A program made the position numbers and the translations under genes. A stretch of 64,000 nt of DNA from an uncultured Gemmatimonadales bacterium (GTDB lineage Bacteria; Gemmatimonadota; Gemmatimonadetes; Longimicrobiales; RSA9). Below, piece by piece: positions 50,392 through 60,833 of the stretch. The notes below the pieces were generated by a model that was given only the letters and a program-made list of their open reading frames with translations, was not told the origin of the DNA and searched no databases. Location: contig CAVUKA010000005.1 in the NCBI GenBank assembly GCA_963741945.1, positions 64,001 to 128,000 on the forward strand, in the 5' to 3' direction. Numbering within the stretch: the stretch's first letter is position 1; the number at the start of each line of letters is the position of its first letter.

Positions 50392-50838
50392 CTAGCGCTC
50401 CGGCTCGGCCGGCTCGGAGATCTCCTCCACGGTCCGCTCCACCTCGCGCGCTTCGCTGTCCGGCGTTTCCACGGCCAGGTCCGCCTGGGCGATCATGCCG
50501 ACCACCCGCTCGTCCTCCACCACCGGGATCCGCCGCACCTGCCCCTCCTTCATCCGGCTCATCACCGTGTCCGTGCTGTCCTCCGGCGTCACGGTGTAGA
50601 GCGGATTGCCGGACATCTCGTCGCCTACGCGGCAGCTGCCCGCGTCGTGGCCCTCGGCAACGTGACGGATGGCGATGTCGCGGTCCGTGATCACACCGCG
50701 CAACCGGCGGCTGGACGCGTCGTCAACCACTGGGATCAGCCCGACGTTGAGCTCGCGCATGAGCTGCGCCGCGCGCTGGACGGTCTCGCCCTCGCTGACG
50801 CATTCTGGATCTTCGGTCATGAGCTCGCGTGCCTTCAT
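50392..50838 (-). CDS. CBS-domain protein
   Basis: GVITDRDI, VRRIPVV, GMIAQADL; RBS GGAGG. Confidence 0.9.
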   Translation of the reverse strand: MKARELMTEDPECVSEGETVQRAAQLMRELNVGLIPVVDDASSRRLRGVITDRDIAIRHVAEGHDAGSCRVGDEMSGNPLYTVTPEDSTDTVMSRMKEGQVRRIPVVEDERVVGMIAQADLAVETPDSEAREVERTVEEISEPAEPER

Positions 50839-51150
50839 GGTGTTGCCTCCGGAGTAACTGTCGCTGAATCGGACATTCTAGACGGGCGCAATCACCATGC
50901 CTGGCAATGTGGTAACATTCAACTGTACATGGACTTAGGCGGCGGTCGCGAGGAGCGGTGGATGGGGGCCGCCACGCTGTGGTCAACCCGACTCTTCGAA
51001 GGCTCGCCCGGGGCCTCTCGTCGATCGGACAGCGAAATCTGCCGTCAACTCGACATTCCTGCGCGGGAACGGGACTGTGGAAGTCGCGTTCACTGCGATT
51101 GGCGCGGTCAAGTCGACTCAGCCCGGGAAAACGCGGCCGAGTGGTCGAGT

Positions 51151-51271
51151 TGACGCGGCCGACACCGCGAGGACGCGGCCGACACCTCGAGGACGCGGCC
51201 GACACCTCGAGGACGGGGCCGACACCTCGAGGACGCGGCCGACACCTCGGGGCTCGCGGCCGACACCTCGG
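51151..51271. repeat. Six copies of a 20-bp tandem repeat (GGACGCGGCCGACACCTCGA)
   Basis: Period 20 from 51151. The array is bracketed by a 13-bp direct repeat CGAGTGGTCGAGT at 51138-51150 and 51288-51300. Confidence 0.93.
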
Positions 51272-51320
51272 GGGTCGCGCAGCTCGGCGAGTGGTCGAGT
51301 ATCGGCCGGTCGAGCCGGCT

Positions 51321-52505
51321 CTAGAAGGCCGGGAACCCGGTGATGTCCTGGCCGAGGATCAGGGTGTGGATGTCGTGGGTGCCCTCATACGTGTAGACGC
51401 TCTCGAGGTTGGCCATGTGGCGCATGGCGGAGTACTCGACGAGGATGCCATTGGCCCCGAGCAGCCTGCGCGCTTCCCGGGCGGTGTCCGCGGCCATGGA
51501 GACCATGGCGCGCTTGGCGAGGGAGACCTGCTGGGGGCGCATGGTGCCCTTGTCCTTGAGGCGTCCGAGCTGGAGGACGAGGAGCTGGCCCTGGGTTATG
51601 TCGGTGAGCATCTCGGCCAGGCGAGCCTGCTGGAGCTGTTTGCCGGCGATCGGTGCGTCGCCGAACTGGGTGCGCTGCTTGGCGTAGCTGAGCGCCTCGT
51701 CGTAGCAGGCCATGGCGGCGCCGACGCCGCCCCATGCGATGCCGTAGCGGGCCTGCGTGAGGCACATGAGCGGGCTCTTGAGGCCGCCGGACTCCGGGAG
51801 GAGAGCGTCCTCACCCACGCGCACGTCCTCGAGGACGAGCTCGGAGGTGTCGGACGCCAGCAGGCTGAGCTTCCCCTTCTGGTCGCGGGCGGTGAAGCCG
51901 TCGGCATCCGTGGGGACGATGAAGCCGCGGATGGAGGAGGCGTCGTCGATTTCGCCGGTCTTGGCCCAGACGATGGCGATATCGGCCATGGACCCGTTGG
52001 TGATCCACATCTTGGCGCCGTTCAGCACCCAGCCGTCCCCGTCCTTGCGGGCGGTCGTGAGCATCCCCGCCGGGTTGGAGCCGAAATCGGGCTCGGTGAG
52101 GCCGAAGCAGCCGATGACTTCGCCGCGGGCCATGGGCGGCAGCCATTTCTTCTTCTGTTCCTCGCTGCCGAACGCGAAGATCGGGTACATGCAGAGCGCG
52201 CCCTGGACGGAAGCGAAGCTGCGGATGCCCGAGTCGCCGCGCTCGAGCTCCTGCATGATGAGGCCGTAGGCGACGTTGTTGAGGCCGGCTCCGCCGTATT
52301 CCTCCGGGAGGTTGGCGCCGAGCATGCCGAGCTCGGCGATCTGCGGGATCAGCTCGCTGGGGAAGCGGCGCTCGATGTACGCCTCCTCGATGATGGGGAG
52401 GAGCGCATCGTCCACCCACTGGCGGATGGTGTCGCGCACCATGCGCTCTTCCTCGGAGAGGAGGGAGTCGATCTCGTAGTAGTCCACACCCTGGAATTTC
52501 GCCAT
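51321..52505 (-). CDS. Acyl-CoA dehydrogenase (glutaryl-CoA dehydrogenase-like)
   Basis: ELERGDSG, CFGLTEPDFGS, AKMWITN, YTYEGTHDIH. Confidence 0.92.
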   Translation of the reverse strand: MAKFQGVDYYEIDSLLSEEERMVRDTIRQWVDDALLPIIEEAYIERRFPSELIPQIAELGMLGANLPEEYGGAGLNNVAYGLIMQELERGDSGIRSFASVQGALCMYPIFAFGSEEQKKKWLPPMARGEVIGCFGLTEPDFGSNPAGMLTTARKDGDGWVLNGAKMWITNGSMADIAIVWAKTGEIDDASSIRGFIVPTDADGFTARDQKGKLSLLASDTSELVLEDVRVGEDALLPESGGLKSPLMCLTQARYGIAWGGVGAAMACYDEALSYAKQRTQFGDAPIAGKQLQQARLAEMLTDITQGQLLVLQLGRLKDKGTMRPQQVSLAKRAMVSMAADTAREARRLLGANGILVEYSAMRHMANLESVYTYEGTHDIHTLILGQDITGFPAF

Positions 52506-52548
52506 CGCTCGCGTTCGTTGGGGGTTTCGGGAAGCCGCTAAACTACGG

Positions 52549-53571
52549 TCACTGGAGCCGGCGCACGATGGCGCCCGCGAACTCATCGGTCGTGGCATGG
52601 CCGCCCAGGTCGCGGGGAAGCGACTCCACATCGCATTCCCGCAGGCAGACGTCGAGGGCGCGGCGGATGCGGTCCGCCACATCCTTCTGCTCGACGTGAT
52701 CGAGCATCATGCACGCGGCCAGGATCTGGGCCGTGGGATTCGCCACGTTCTGGCCGGCAATGTCGGGGGCGGAGCCGTGCACGGGCTCGAACATGGCCAT
52801 GTCGTGGCCGATGTTCCCGCCGGGCGCCATGCCGAGGCCGCCCACGAGGCCGGCCATGAGATCGCTCAGGATGTCGCCGAACATGTTCTCCATGACCAGC
52901 ACGTCGAACCGGTAGGGGTTCATGACCAGGTGCATGGCGGTGGCGTCGATGATCATGTCCTCGAACTCGACCTGCCCATCGTACTGCTCGTACACCTCGC
53001 GGCCGACATCGAGGAAGAGCCCCTGGGTGTACTTCAGGATGTTGGCCTTGTGGGCGAGCGTGACCTTCTTGCGGCCGTTCCGCACGGCGTAGTCGAAGGC
53101 GTATTCCAGGATCCGGCGGGCGCCGAAGCGGGTGATGATCATGACCGACTCGGCCGCGGCCTTCGGGTCACCGTCCATGCCGATGTAGTGCTCCACGCCC
53201 ACGTAGAGCCCCTCGGTGTTCTCCCGGATCAGGACCAGGTCGATATCCTCGTAGCGCCCGCCCGCCATGAGCGTGACGGCCGGCCGAACATTGGCGTAGA
53301 GGTCGAACTCCTTCCGCAGCGCCACGTTGATGGAGCGGAACCCGGATCCCACGGGCGTGGTCAGCGGCCCCTTGAGAATTATGCCCGTGCGTCGTGCGGA
53401 GTCGAGCGTCTCGTCGGGGAGCGGAGTGTCCCGCTCGTGGACCGCTATCATGCCGGCCAGCTGGCGGTCGTAGTCGAGGTCGGCGCCCGCGGCGTCCAGC
53501 ACGTCCAGGGTCGCCCGCGTGATGGACGGGCCGATGCCGTCACCCGGAATCAGTGTGATCTCTGTGGTCAT
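52549..53571 (-). CDS. Isocitrate/isopropylmalate dehydrogenase family (NAD-IDH-like)
   Basis: IPGDGIGP, RSINVALRK, RENTEG, HKANI, NMFGDILSD, EPVHGSAPDIAG. Confidence 0.92.
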   Translation of the reverse strand: MTTEITLIPGDGIGPSITRATLDVLDAAGADLDYDRQLAGMIAVHERDTPLPDETLDSARRTGIILKGPLTTPVGSGFRSINVALRKEFDLYANVRPAVTLMAGGRYEDIDLVLIRENTEGLYVGVEHYIGMDGDPKAAAESVMIITRFGARRILEYAFDYAVRNGRKKVTLAHKANILKYTQGLFLDVGREVYEQYDGQVEFEDMIIDATAMHLVMNPYRFDVLVMENMFGDILSDLMAGLVGGLGMAPGGNIGHDMAMFEPVHGSAPDIAGQNVANPTAQILAACMMLDHVEQKDVADRIRRALDVCLRECDVESLPRDLGGHATTDEFAGAIVRRLQ

Positions 53572-53574
53572 CGA

Positions 53575-54126
53575 TCAGGATTTCACGAACTTTGGATTGT
53601 AGTGGTGCTGCGTGTACGCCTCGCCCCACTCGGTGAGCTCCTCGAGCTTGCGCGGGTTATCCCGCCCTTCCCGAAGCGCGTGGCCCAGCAGGTTGAGGGT
53701 GCGCCGCCAGCGAATATCGCTCAGTGTCTGTCTGCGCAGCATGGCGCGCGCCACCTGCTGGCCGTCGGGCAGCACGGTGATGACGCGCACCGCGGCCACG
53801 CCCGGGAAATCGGTGAACACCGCCCGTGTGGCGGGGGTCATCAGGTAGATGTAGGGCCCCACCCGCGCCCAGATCGACCCGCCGCGCTCGAGCTGCTGGT
53901 ACGGCTGCCCCACCGTGAGCTCCACGACGTTGCCGCTCATCACCACCGACTTCACGCCCCTGGCCGCCGCATAGTACGGCCGGACCTGTGCCGCCGTGGG
54001 TGGTGGTGGGCTGCTGCCCCGGCCCAGGAATCCCTGGACCCGGTCGCATCCCCCGGAAAACAAAACGCAGGCGATCACGCCCGCGGTTGTCAGTTGCTTC
54101 GATGTCCGTCGCACTGCTGTCACCAT
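53575..54126 (-). CDS. Hypothetical lipoprotein
   Basis: Signal peptide ending in SGGC, operon position, codon bias. Confidence 0.7.
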   Translation of the reverse strand: MVTAVRRTSKQLTTAGVIACVLFSGGCDRVQGFLGRGSSPPPPTAAQVRPYYAAARGVKSVVMSGNVVELTVGQPYQQLERGGSIWARVGPYIYLMTPATRAVFTDFPGVAAVRVITVLPDGQQVARAMLRRQTLSDIRWRRTLNLLGHALREGRDNPRKLEELTEWGEAYTQHHYNPKFVKS

Positions 54127-54187
54127 CCCGCTAGCTCAACTCCCGCGCGGGGCCGCCTTCCATCCCGTTCCGGGGGCCCCAAGCCTA

Positions 54188-54832
54188 TCACGGCGACAGC
54201 GCTCGCGCCAGCGCCGAGGCCGCCGCGGCCACGGCCGCCGCCTCGTCTCCGCCCGCTGGCGCCTCCCCGCCCACCGTGCCCATCCAGACGATCTCCCCCC
54301 CGCGCACGTTCACGAACGCCGCCGTGATCGTAGCGGCCGCCCCGTCGGGTCCCGCGCCCGCCCGGACGGTCATGGGGACGAGCGCATAGCCCGCGTCCAG
54401 CACCGCGGCCAGCTTCCGCAGGTCCCCGTACAGCGGGTCCGCCAGTCGGCGCTGGCCCCGGCTCACTTCCACCACGGTGCGGGGATCGTTCCGCAGCGTG
54501 AGCCGCCACTGGGGCGTGCGGGCCGCCACGGCCTCCAGTTTCGCTGGCAGGATCCACTCGGTGTCGGGTGCCCGGTCCTGGAGCCAGAACGCCAGCTCCG
54601 CGTCCACCTGAGCCGGCGACCCCGTCAGCGCCGGCACCAGCATGACCGTGGCGCCGCGAAGGTCCGGTGGCCCGGCCCGCTCCGGCTGCCGCGCCGTTCC
54701 CTGCTTCGCGCACCCGGCGCCGACGGCGAGAACGAGGAGGAGGAGGAGGGCGACGATGGACGGGCGAGAGCGCATCAGCGGTTTCTCCATTGGGGGCGGC
54801 GCCGGGAGCGGGGCCGGGCGGTGGTGCTTCAT
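54188..54832 (-). CDS. Hypothetical lipoprotein (start uncertain; 54775 also possible)
   Basis: Hydrophobic stretch followed by the lipobox GAGC. Confidence 0.7.
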   Translation of the reverse strand: MKHHRPAPLPAPPPMEKPLMRSRPSIVALLLLLVLAVGAGCAKQGTARQPERAGPPDLRGATVMLVPALTGSPAQVDAELAFWLQDRAPDTEWILPAKLEAVAARTPQWRLTLRNDPRTVVEVSRGQRRLADPLYGDLRKLAAVLDAGYALVPMTVRAGAGPDGAAATITAAFVNVRGGEIVWMGTVGGEAPAGGDEAAAVAAAASALARALSP

Positions 54833-54842
54833 GTCCGTCCGG

Positions 54843-55763
54843 TCAGAGGAGGTGGCCGCCGTCGACGGGGATGACGGCGCCCGTGATGTGGCGCGCCTGC
54901 TCGGAGCAGAGGAACAGGACCACGCTGGCCACATCCTGGGGATCGCCGAGACGGCCGAGGACGCTCCGCTCGCGGGCGCGGTCCAGGATCTCCGCGGGCA
55001 CGGCATCCGTGAGGCGCGTGGTGCGGATATAGCCGGGTGCCACGGCGTTCACGTTCACGTTGGACGGCCCGAGCTCGACGGCCGCGGCGCGGGTGAGCCC
55101 CATCACGCCGGCTTTCGAGGCGGCGTAGTTCGACAGCCCGAACTCCGGCTGCAGGCCGTGGATCGAGCTGATGTTCACGATCTTGCCATCCTGCTGCGAG
55201 CGGAGGAGCGGGGCCACGGCGCGGATCATGTTGAAGGCGCCGGTGAGATTGGTGGCCAGCACGTCGTCCCACTCCTCGTCGCTCATGCGCCAGAGCGCCC
55301 TGTCCCGCGCCACGCCGGCGTTGTTCACCAGGATGTCGACCCGCCCCAGTGCCTCCCGAGCCCCCGCCACGAAATCATTCACCGCGGCGGCGTCCCTGAT
55401 GTCGCATTCCCGGAAATAGACCTGCACTTCCAGCTGCCGCAGCTCCAGGGCGGTGCGCTCGGCTTCCTCCCGGACCCCGTTCCGGTCGCCCAGGAAGTTG
55501 AACGCGATCGCGGCGCCATGGCGGGCGAGCTCCAGGGCGACGGCACGCCCGATCCCGGTGGCCCCGCCGGTCACGATGGCGCCCCGGCCGCGCAGGTCGG
55601 CGAGCCACGGCGCGGCCCTGGGCTGCGTCTCCTCGACCACCTGGGCGAGCAGCTGCTCGAGGACTTCGACTTCGTCCACGACGGCGTGACCGGGGCGCTC
55701 GGGATGCGGCTCGCCGCCCGACCGCGCCCGCGGCGCTCGCTCCGACGGCTCGTGGCGCGGCAT
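54843..55763 (-). CDS. Short-chain dehydrogenase/reductase (FabG-like)
   Basis: TGGATGIG, NNAG, YAASK, VAPGYI, VDGG. Confidence 0.92.
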   Translation of the reverse strand: MPRHEPSERAPRARSGGEPHPERPGHAVVDEVEVLEQLLAQVVEETQPRAAPWLADLRGRGAIVTGGATGIGRAVALELARHGAAIAFNFLGDRNGVREEAERTALELRQLEVQVYFRECDIRDAAAVNDFVAGAREALGRVDILVNNAGVARDRALWRMSDEEWDDVLATNLTGAFNMIRAVAPLLRSQQDGKIVNISSIHGLQPEFGLSNYAASKAGVMGLTRAAAVELGPSNVNVNAVAPGYIRTTRLTDAVPAEILDRARERSVLGRLGDPQDVASVVLFLCSEQARHITGAVIPVDGGHLL

Positions 55764-55884
55764 CAACCTCTTTCGCTGCGGGGGGTGGGAATGGATGGGA
55801 CCCAACCGGGGCAGGATGGGGAGCGCGGGCGCGCGGTGTCAAGCGCGCCACTGCCCCACCGCCGCATGCGGGGGCCCGGGGGGA

Positions 55885-56583
55885 TCAGGAAGTCCCGGCG
55901 TCGCCGACGGCCGGGCCGTCCGCGTAGCCGTGCTTGATGTTGCGCCCCTCCACCATGAACACCACGTCCTCGGCGACATTCGTGGCCAGGTCGGCGATGC
56001 GCTCCAGGTTGCGCGAGACCAGGATCATGTCCATGCCGGGACCGATCTTCCGCGAGTCCTCCATCATGTGCGTGAGCAGGATGCGGAACACGTTGTCGTG
56101 CAGCTCGTCCACGCGGTCGTCCCGGCGGCCGATATCGCGGGCAGCGGTGCTGTCCGCGCGGACGAACGCGTCCAGCGCGTCATTGAGCATGTCCGTGGCG
56201 AGCCCCGTCATCTCCTCGAGCTCCGGCAGGTGCGGCAGCGGCGGCGCCTTGGCGATGAAGCCCACGTTCTCCGCGATATTGACCGCGTGGTCTCCCACGC
56301 GCTCCAGGTCGTTGCTGATCTTCATGGCCATGGTGATGAAACGGAGGTCCCGAGCCATCGGCTGCTGGAGTGCCAGGAGCTGGACCGCCTGGTTGTCCAC
56401 TTTCACCTCCAGGTCGTCCACGTCGCGGTCGCGCTCGATGACGGCCTCCGCCTTCACCACATCCCGCTCCAGCAGCGCCGCCACCGCCATGTCCACCTGC
56501 TCCTCGGCGAGGCCCGCCATGCGAACCAGGCATTCCTTGAGGCGATCCAGCTCGTCCTCGAAGTGCCGGTGCCGCTTCGTCAT
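55885..56583 (-). CDS. phoU: Phosphate signalling protein PhoU
   Basis: [35 protein letters not shown]. Confidence 0.95.
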   Translation of the reverse strand: MTKRHRHFEDELDRLKECLVRMAGLAEEQVDMAVAALLERDVVKAEAVIERDRDVDDLEVKVDNQAVQLLALQQPMARDLRFITMAMKISNDLERVGDHAVNIAENVGFIAKAPPLPHLPELEEMTGLATDMLNDALDAFVRADSTAARDIGRRDDRVDELHDNVFRILLTHMMEDSRKIGPGMDMILVSRNLERIADLATNVAEDVVFMVEGRNIKHGYADGPAVGDAGTS

Positions 56584-57356
56584 CCGAACCTCCCCGTGAT
56601 GTACGATTCGGTCCGCTCCTCCACCGGCGTGGTGAACAGTGCGTCGGTGGGGCCGTACTCCACCAGCTCGCCCATGTAGAGGAACGCGGTATAGTCGGAG
56701 ATGCGCGCCGCCTGCTGCATGTTGTGCGTCACGATCACCACCGAATAGTCCTGCTTCAGGTCGAAGATCAGCTCCTCGATCTTCTGGGTCGCGATCGGGT
56801 CCAGCGCCGACGTGGGCTCGTCCATGAGGATCACGTCCGGCTCGATGGCCAGGGCGCGCGCGACCACCAGGCGCTGCTGCTGCCCGCCCGAAAGCCCGAG
56901 CGCGCTGTCCGTCAGCCGGTCCTTCACCTCCTCCCACAGCGCCGCCTGCCGCAGGGCCCGCTCCACCACGTCGTCCAGGCTCCCCCGGAACCCGTTGATC
57001 TTCGCCCCGAACGCCACGTTGTCGTAAATGGATTTGGGGAACGGGTTCGGCTTCTGGAACACCATGCCGATCCGCCGGCGCACGTCCACCGGGTCCACGT
57101 CATCGCCGTACAGGTCGGTCCCGTGGTAGCGGACCACGCCCTTCACGCGGGCGTCCACGACAAGGTCGTTCATCCGGTTGAAGCACCGCAGGAGCGTGCT
57201 CTTCCCGCAGCCGGACGGGCCGATGAACGCCACCACCTGGTTGGCCGGGATCTTCAGCGTGATCTCACGGATGGCCGCCTTCTCGCCGTACGTGACCCAC
57301 AGGTCCTCCGTATCGAGGACCGCGTCACCCGGCGGTGTCTGGATCGCCTCTGTCAT
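56580..57356 (-). CDS. pstB: Phosphate ABC transporter ATPase PstB
   Basis: [39 protein letters not shown]. Confidence 0.96.
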   Translation of the reverse strand: MTEAIQTPPGDAVLDTEDLWVTYGEKAAIREITLKIPANQVVAFIGPSGCGKSTLLRCFNRMNDLVVDARVKGVVRYHGTDLYGDDVDPVDVRRRIGMVFQKPNPFPKSIYDNVAFGAKINGFRGSLDDVVERALRQAALWEEVKDRLTDSALGLSGGQQQRLVVARALAIEPDVILMDEPTSALDPIATQKIEELIFDLKQDYSVVIVTHNMQQAARISDYTAFLYMGELVEYGPTDALFTTPVEERTESYITGRFG

Positions 57357-57375
57357 CCGTTCCCGTGTCGTTGCC

Positions 57376-58428
57376 CTAGAATACCACCTGGAGCTCGGCC
57401 ATGAACGACCACTCCGTCCCCGTCCCCGAACCCGACGGTACGTACACGTCGGCGTTCAGCATGAGCCGGCTCGCCGGCGCGAAGTACAGGTTCACGCCCG
57501 GCGTCAGCAGCACGCCCGCGTCCGACGCCCTGCTCGTGTCCGGGTCGCCCCAGCTCGCCCGCACCACCGGCTCGTACCCCCGGAAGCCCCGAGGCCCGGT
57601 GAAATAGTACGTGGCGGCAACCTGCCCGCCCACCATCGCCGGCGCTTCGCCGTCCGCCAGCAGCGCCAGGTCGTCGCCGTACATCCATTCCGCCAGCACG
57701 TGGACTCCCGGCACGCCGAACCGGCCGTACTCCGCGTCCACGCCCCAGGCCGTGCCGGTCAATTCAGCGCCCGCCACCGTGTCCCGGGCCGGCTGCACGC
57801 TCACGTCCCCGCCCAGCACCAGCGGCGCCCCGCCCCACGTCACCCGCGCCGTGTACGACTTAGAGCCGTACACCTCGCGCCGGTTCATCCCCTCGCCGTT
57901 GAACACGCCCACCGCGTAGCCGAGGCGGCCCACCTCCCCATGCGCCATCGCCCCCACCTGCCGCCCGGCATACTGCGCGGCGGCCAGCAGCCATTGCTCC
58001 TCGCCCGGCACCCCCACCGCCTTCTCGATCCCGGGGATCCGAAGCTGCCGCTCGATCGTCAGCAGGCGAGGACTGCCGTACAGGGCGAACGGGCTGAACG
58101 GCTTCTTGAACTGACCGGCGCGGACGGCCACGCCCTCCGCCAGCCGCACGTCCGCGTAGCCGTCCTTGATCGTGAGCGCGCCGTCCCCGAAGTCCACCTG
58201 GAGGAACGCCAGCACGTCGTCGGACACCTTCGCCTCGACACCCAGGTGCAGCCGCCTGAGCTCCAGCTCCGTGGCTGGCGGCGCTTTCACACCCGCCCCC
58301 ACGTCCGACGCATCCACGGACGTGGTGTGGAACTGCAGCTCCGTACGCCCGAAAACACGCACGGTCTGTCCCCGGGCGCCCCCCGCCAGGAGGAGCGCCA
58401 GGACAGCCGCCAGTGGCACGCATCGCAT
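57376..58428 (-). CDS. Phosphate-selective porin-like outer membrane protein (OprO/P-like)
   Basis: Signal peptide, [14 protein letters not shown]-terminal ELQVVF; sits inside the pho operon. Confidence 0.75.
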   Translation of the reverse strand: MRCVPLAAVLALLLAGGARGQTVRVFGRTELQFHTTSVDASDVGAGVKAPPATELELRRLHLGVEAKVSDDVLAFLQVDFGDGALTIKDGYADVRLAEGVAVRAGQFKKPFSPFALYGSPRLLTIERQLRIPGIEKAVGVPGEEQWLLAAAQYAGRQVGAMAHGEVGRLGYAVGVFNGEGMNRREVYGSKSYTARVTWGGAPLVLGGDVSVQPARDTVAGAELTGTAWGVDAEYGRFGVPGVHVLAEWMYGDDLALLADGEAPAMVGGQVAATYYFTGPRGFRGYEPVVRASWGDPDTSRASDAGVLLTPGVNLYFAPASRLMLNADVYVPSGSGTGTEWSFMAELQVVF

Positions 58429-58509
58429 GGACCCACTCCCTTCCAGCTGCGGCTTCGCCGGCAGTGTTCGCGGGGCCGGAGAGAGAGATAGCCGGATCGT
58501 TACGCAGGC

Positions 58510-58542
58510 ACCGTAACCTACGTGTAACGGGAATGTAACCGC
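58510..58542 (-). promoter_or_regulatory. Pho-box-like direct repeats upstream of the porin gene
   Basis: GTAAC (GTTAC on the minus strand) at 58513, 58524 and 58535, an exact 11-bp period. Confidence 0.65.
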
Positions 58543-58588
58543 CACGACGCCGGCGCCGGGGGACCAGCTGACGGGACCGGGTCGGCTG

Positions 58589-60019
58589 TCAGTCGGCCGG
58601 GAGCCAGAAGTGGATCGTGGTGCCCTTCCCCAGTTCGCTGCGAGCCGTGATTGCGCCGCCCATGCTCTCCACCATGTGCTTGACGATGGAGAGACCGAGA
58701 CCGGTGCCGCCCTCGGCGCGGGAGCGGGCGGGATCGACGCGGTAGAAGCGTTCGAAGATGCGCGGGAGGGCGTCGCGGGGGATGCCGGCGCCGCTGTCGG
58801 ATACCTCCACCATCCGCCAGGGTCCGCCGGTGGCGCCGGTTCCCGGTGCGGTTTCGCTGGGGGAGACGGTGACGCGGACGCTGCCACCTTCGGGCGTGTA
58901 GCGGAGGGCGTTGTCGAAGAGATTGGCCAACACCTGCTCCAGCCCGCGCGGATCGGCGAGGGCGGCATCGCCGGGCGGGTCGGCGGCGGCATCGGCGGCG
59001 GCGGCGGCGAAGGAGACACCGGCGGCGGCGGCGCGGTCGGCGAACGGGGTCCAGGCGGCCTCGGCGTGCTGGAGCAGGTGGACGGTCTGCAGCTCGGGGT
59101 GCCAGCGTCCGGACTCCAGGCGGGAGAGGTCGAGGAGGTCGTCGACAATGTGCTGGAGCCGCCCTGCGTTGCGGGCGATCGTCGCCAGGAACTGATGCTG
59201 GTCTGCCTCCGGCAGCCCGCCCGCCATCAGCGTCTCCGTGTAGCCGCGGATGGAGGTGAGGGGCGTTTTCAGCTCGTGGCTGGCGTTGGCGACGAAGTCC
59301 CGCCTCACCTCTTCCAGGCGACGCAGGTCCGTCAGGTCCACGACCGTCGCCACCAGCCCGTCGTCCCCGGGTCCGCGGCTGGACGAGACCAGCAGCCGCT
59401 TCTCGTCCAGCACCACCTCAGCCGGCTCGGCCCCGACGTTGCCGGGGTCCATGAGGCGGCGCAGGTCGGCGTTCCGGATCAGCGACGCCGCGCGCCGCCC
59501 CACGACGTCGGCAGGCCAGCCGAGCATGTCGCGCCCGGCCCGGTTCGCCCGCACGATCCGCCCTTCCGCGTCCAGCTGGACCACCCCTTCGGAGAACGCT
59601 TCCACCAGCGCCGCCAGCTCCGCGCGCTCCCTCGCCTCCCGCTCCCCCCGCTCCCTCAGCTCCGTCGCCGTCCGCGCCATGGAGCGGACCACGTCCTGCA
59701 CTTCCGCCACCACGCTCTCGCCGCCAGGACGGTGGCTCGACTGCGTGAGCTGCTCGGCGACGCGCCGCACGCGCGCGAGTGGCCTGGCCATGGCCCGGGC
59801 CGCCACCACGCTCACGGCAGCGGACAGGACCACGGCCAGCGCGCCCCAGCGGAGGACCGCATCCCGGGCGGCGTGGGCCGCGTGCTCCGCGCCTGCTGCG
59901 GGGGCGGCGGCCAGGGTACGGGCCACATCGACGCTCACGGCGTGGGCGGCGAGGGCGGCCATGACCGCTACGACGACGCCGATGAGGACGGGGAGCAGGA
60001 CCTGGAGCGGGATGCGCAC
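58589..60019 (-). CDS. phoR: Sensor histidine kinase PhoR
   Basis: DFVANASHELKTPLT, NLFDNALRY, IFERFYRVD, GGTGLGL; two TM segments plus PAS. Confidence 0.88.
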   Translation of the reverse strand: MRIPLQVLLPVLIGVVVAVMAALAAHAVSVDVARTLAAAPAAGAEHAAHAARDAVLRWGALAVVLSAAVSVVAARAMARPLARVRRVAEQLTQSSHRPGGESVVAEVQDVVRSMARTATELRERGEREARERAELAALVEAFSEGVVQLDAEGRIVRANRAGRDMLGWPADVVGRRAASLIRNADLRRLMDPGNVGAEPAEVVLDEKRLLVSSSRGPGDDGLVATVVDLTDLRRLEEVRRDFVANASHELKTPLTSIRGYTETLMAGGLPEADQHQFLATIARNAGRLQHIVDDLLDLSRLESGRWHPELQTVHLLQHAEAAWTPFADRAAAAGVSFAAAAADAAADPPGDAALADPRGLEQVLANLFDNALRYTPEGGSVRVTVSPSETAPGTGATGGPWRMVEVSDSGAGIPRDALPRIFERFYRVDPARSRAEGGTGLGLSIVKHMVESMGGAITARSELGKGTTIHFWLPAD

Positions 60020-60036
60020 CGTGGCTCGTCCCCGTC

Positions 60037-60756
60037 TCAGGAGCCGGACTCGCTGCCGCGGAAGCGGTAGCCGAAGCCGCGGACGGTCTCGATGAGGTCG
60101 CCCGCGTCGCCCAGCTTGGCGCGCAGCCGCTGGATGTGCATGTCCACGGTCCGCGTCTCGATGTGGACGTGGATGTCCCACGCGGTCTCCAGCAGCTGCT
60201 GCCGGCTCTGCACCCGCCCCTTCCGCTCCAGCAGCGCCAGGAGGAGCCGGTACTCCGTGGGCGTCAGGTCCACCGGCTTCCCCTCAACGGTGACCGCCAT
60301 GGCCGACACGTCCACGAGCACGGGGCCAGCCCATAGCGTGCGGCCCGCCCCGCCGACGGGCGGCGCCTGGACCCGGCGGAGCACGGCGCCGATCCGCAGC
60401 ACCAGCTCCTGCGGGCTGAACGGCTTGGTCATGTAGTCGTCGGCGCCCAGCTCCAGCCCCTTGATCCGGTCCGCCTCCTCGCGACGCGCGGTGAGCACCA
60501 CCACGGGAACGTCCCGCATCTCGTCCCGCCGCCGCAGCTCCGCAAGGACTTCGTAGCCGGACCGCTCCGGGAGCATGAGGTCCAGGACGACGAGGTCGGG
60601 GCGGTCCGCCCGCACCGCTTCCAGCGCCTCGTCGCCGCTCGCCACCGTGCGCACGCGGAAGCCCTCGCGCGTCAGGTGGTACGCCACCAGCGCGGCGATG
60701 TCCCGCTCGTCCTCCACCACGAGGATCTGCGCCGAGGCCGTTGTGGCTCCTGCCAT
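60037..60756 (-). CDS. phoB: OmpR-family response regulator PhoB
   Basis: VVEDE, LDLMLP, GADDYMTKPF, RTVDMHIQRLR, ETVRGFGY. Confidence 0.88.
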   Translation of the reverse strand: MAGATTASAQILVVEDERDIAALVAYHLTREGFRVRTVASGDEALEAVRADRPDLVVLDLMLPERSGYEVLAELRRRDEMRDVPVVVLTARREEADRIKGLELGADDYMTKPFSPQELVLRIGAVLRRVQAPPVGGAGRTLWAGPVLVDVSAMAVTVEGKPVDLTPTEYRLLLALLERKGRVQSRQQLLETAWDIHVHIETRTVDMHIQRLRAKLGDAGDLIETVRGFGYRFRGSESGS

Positions 60757-60833
60757 CCGCTTCCTCTTCGGGTGAGCTCCGCCCGCGGGCGGCCGCGTGG
60801 GTCTCGTTCCGATGCTGGAGATAAGGACCCGTG

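Noticed and set aside
51151-51271. CRISPR or coding interpretation of the 20-bp repeats (ORFs 50958..52541, 51077..51343)
   Set aside because: There are no spacers, the period is not a multiple of 3, and the ORFs are low-complexity or antisense to a real gene.
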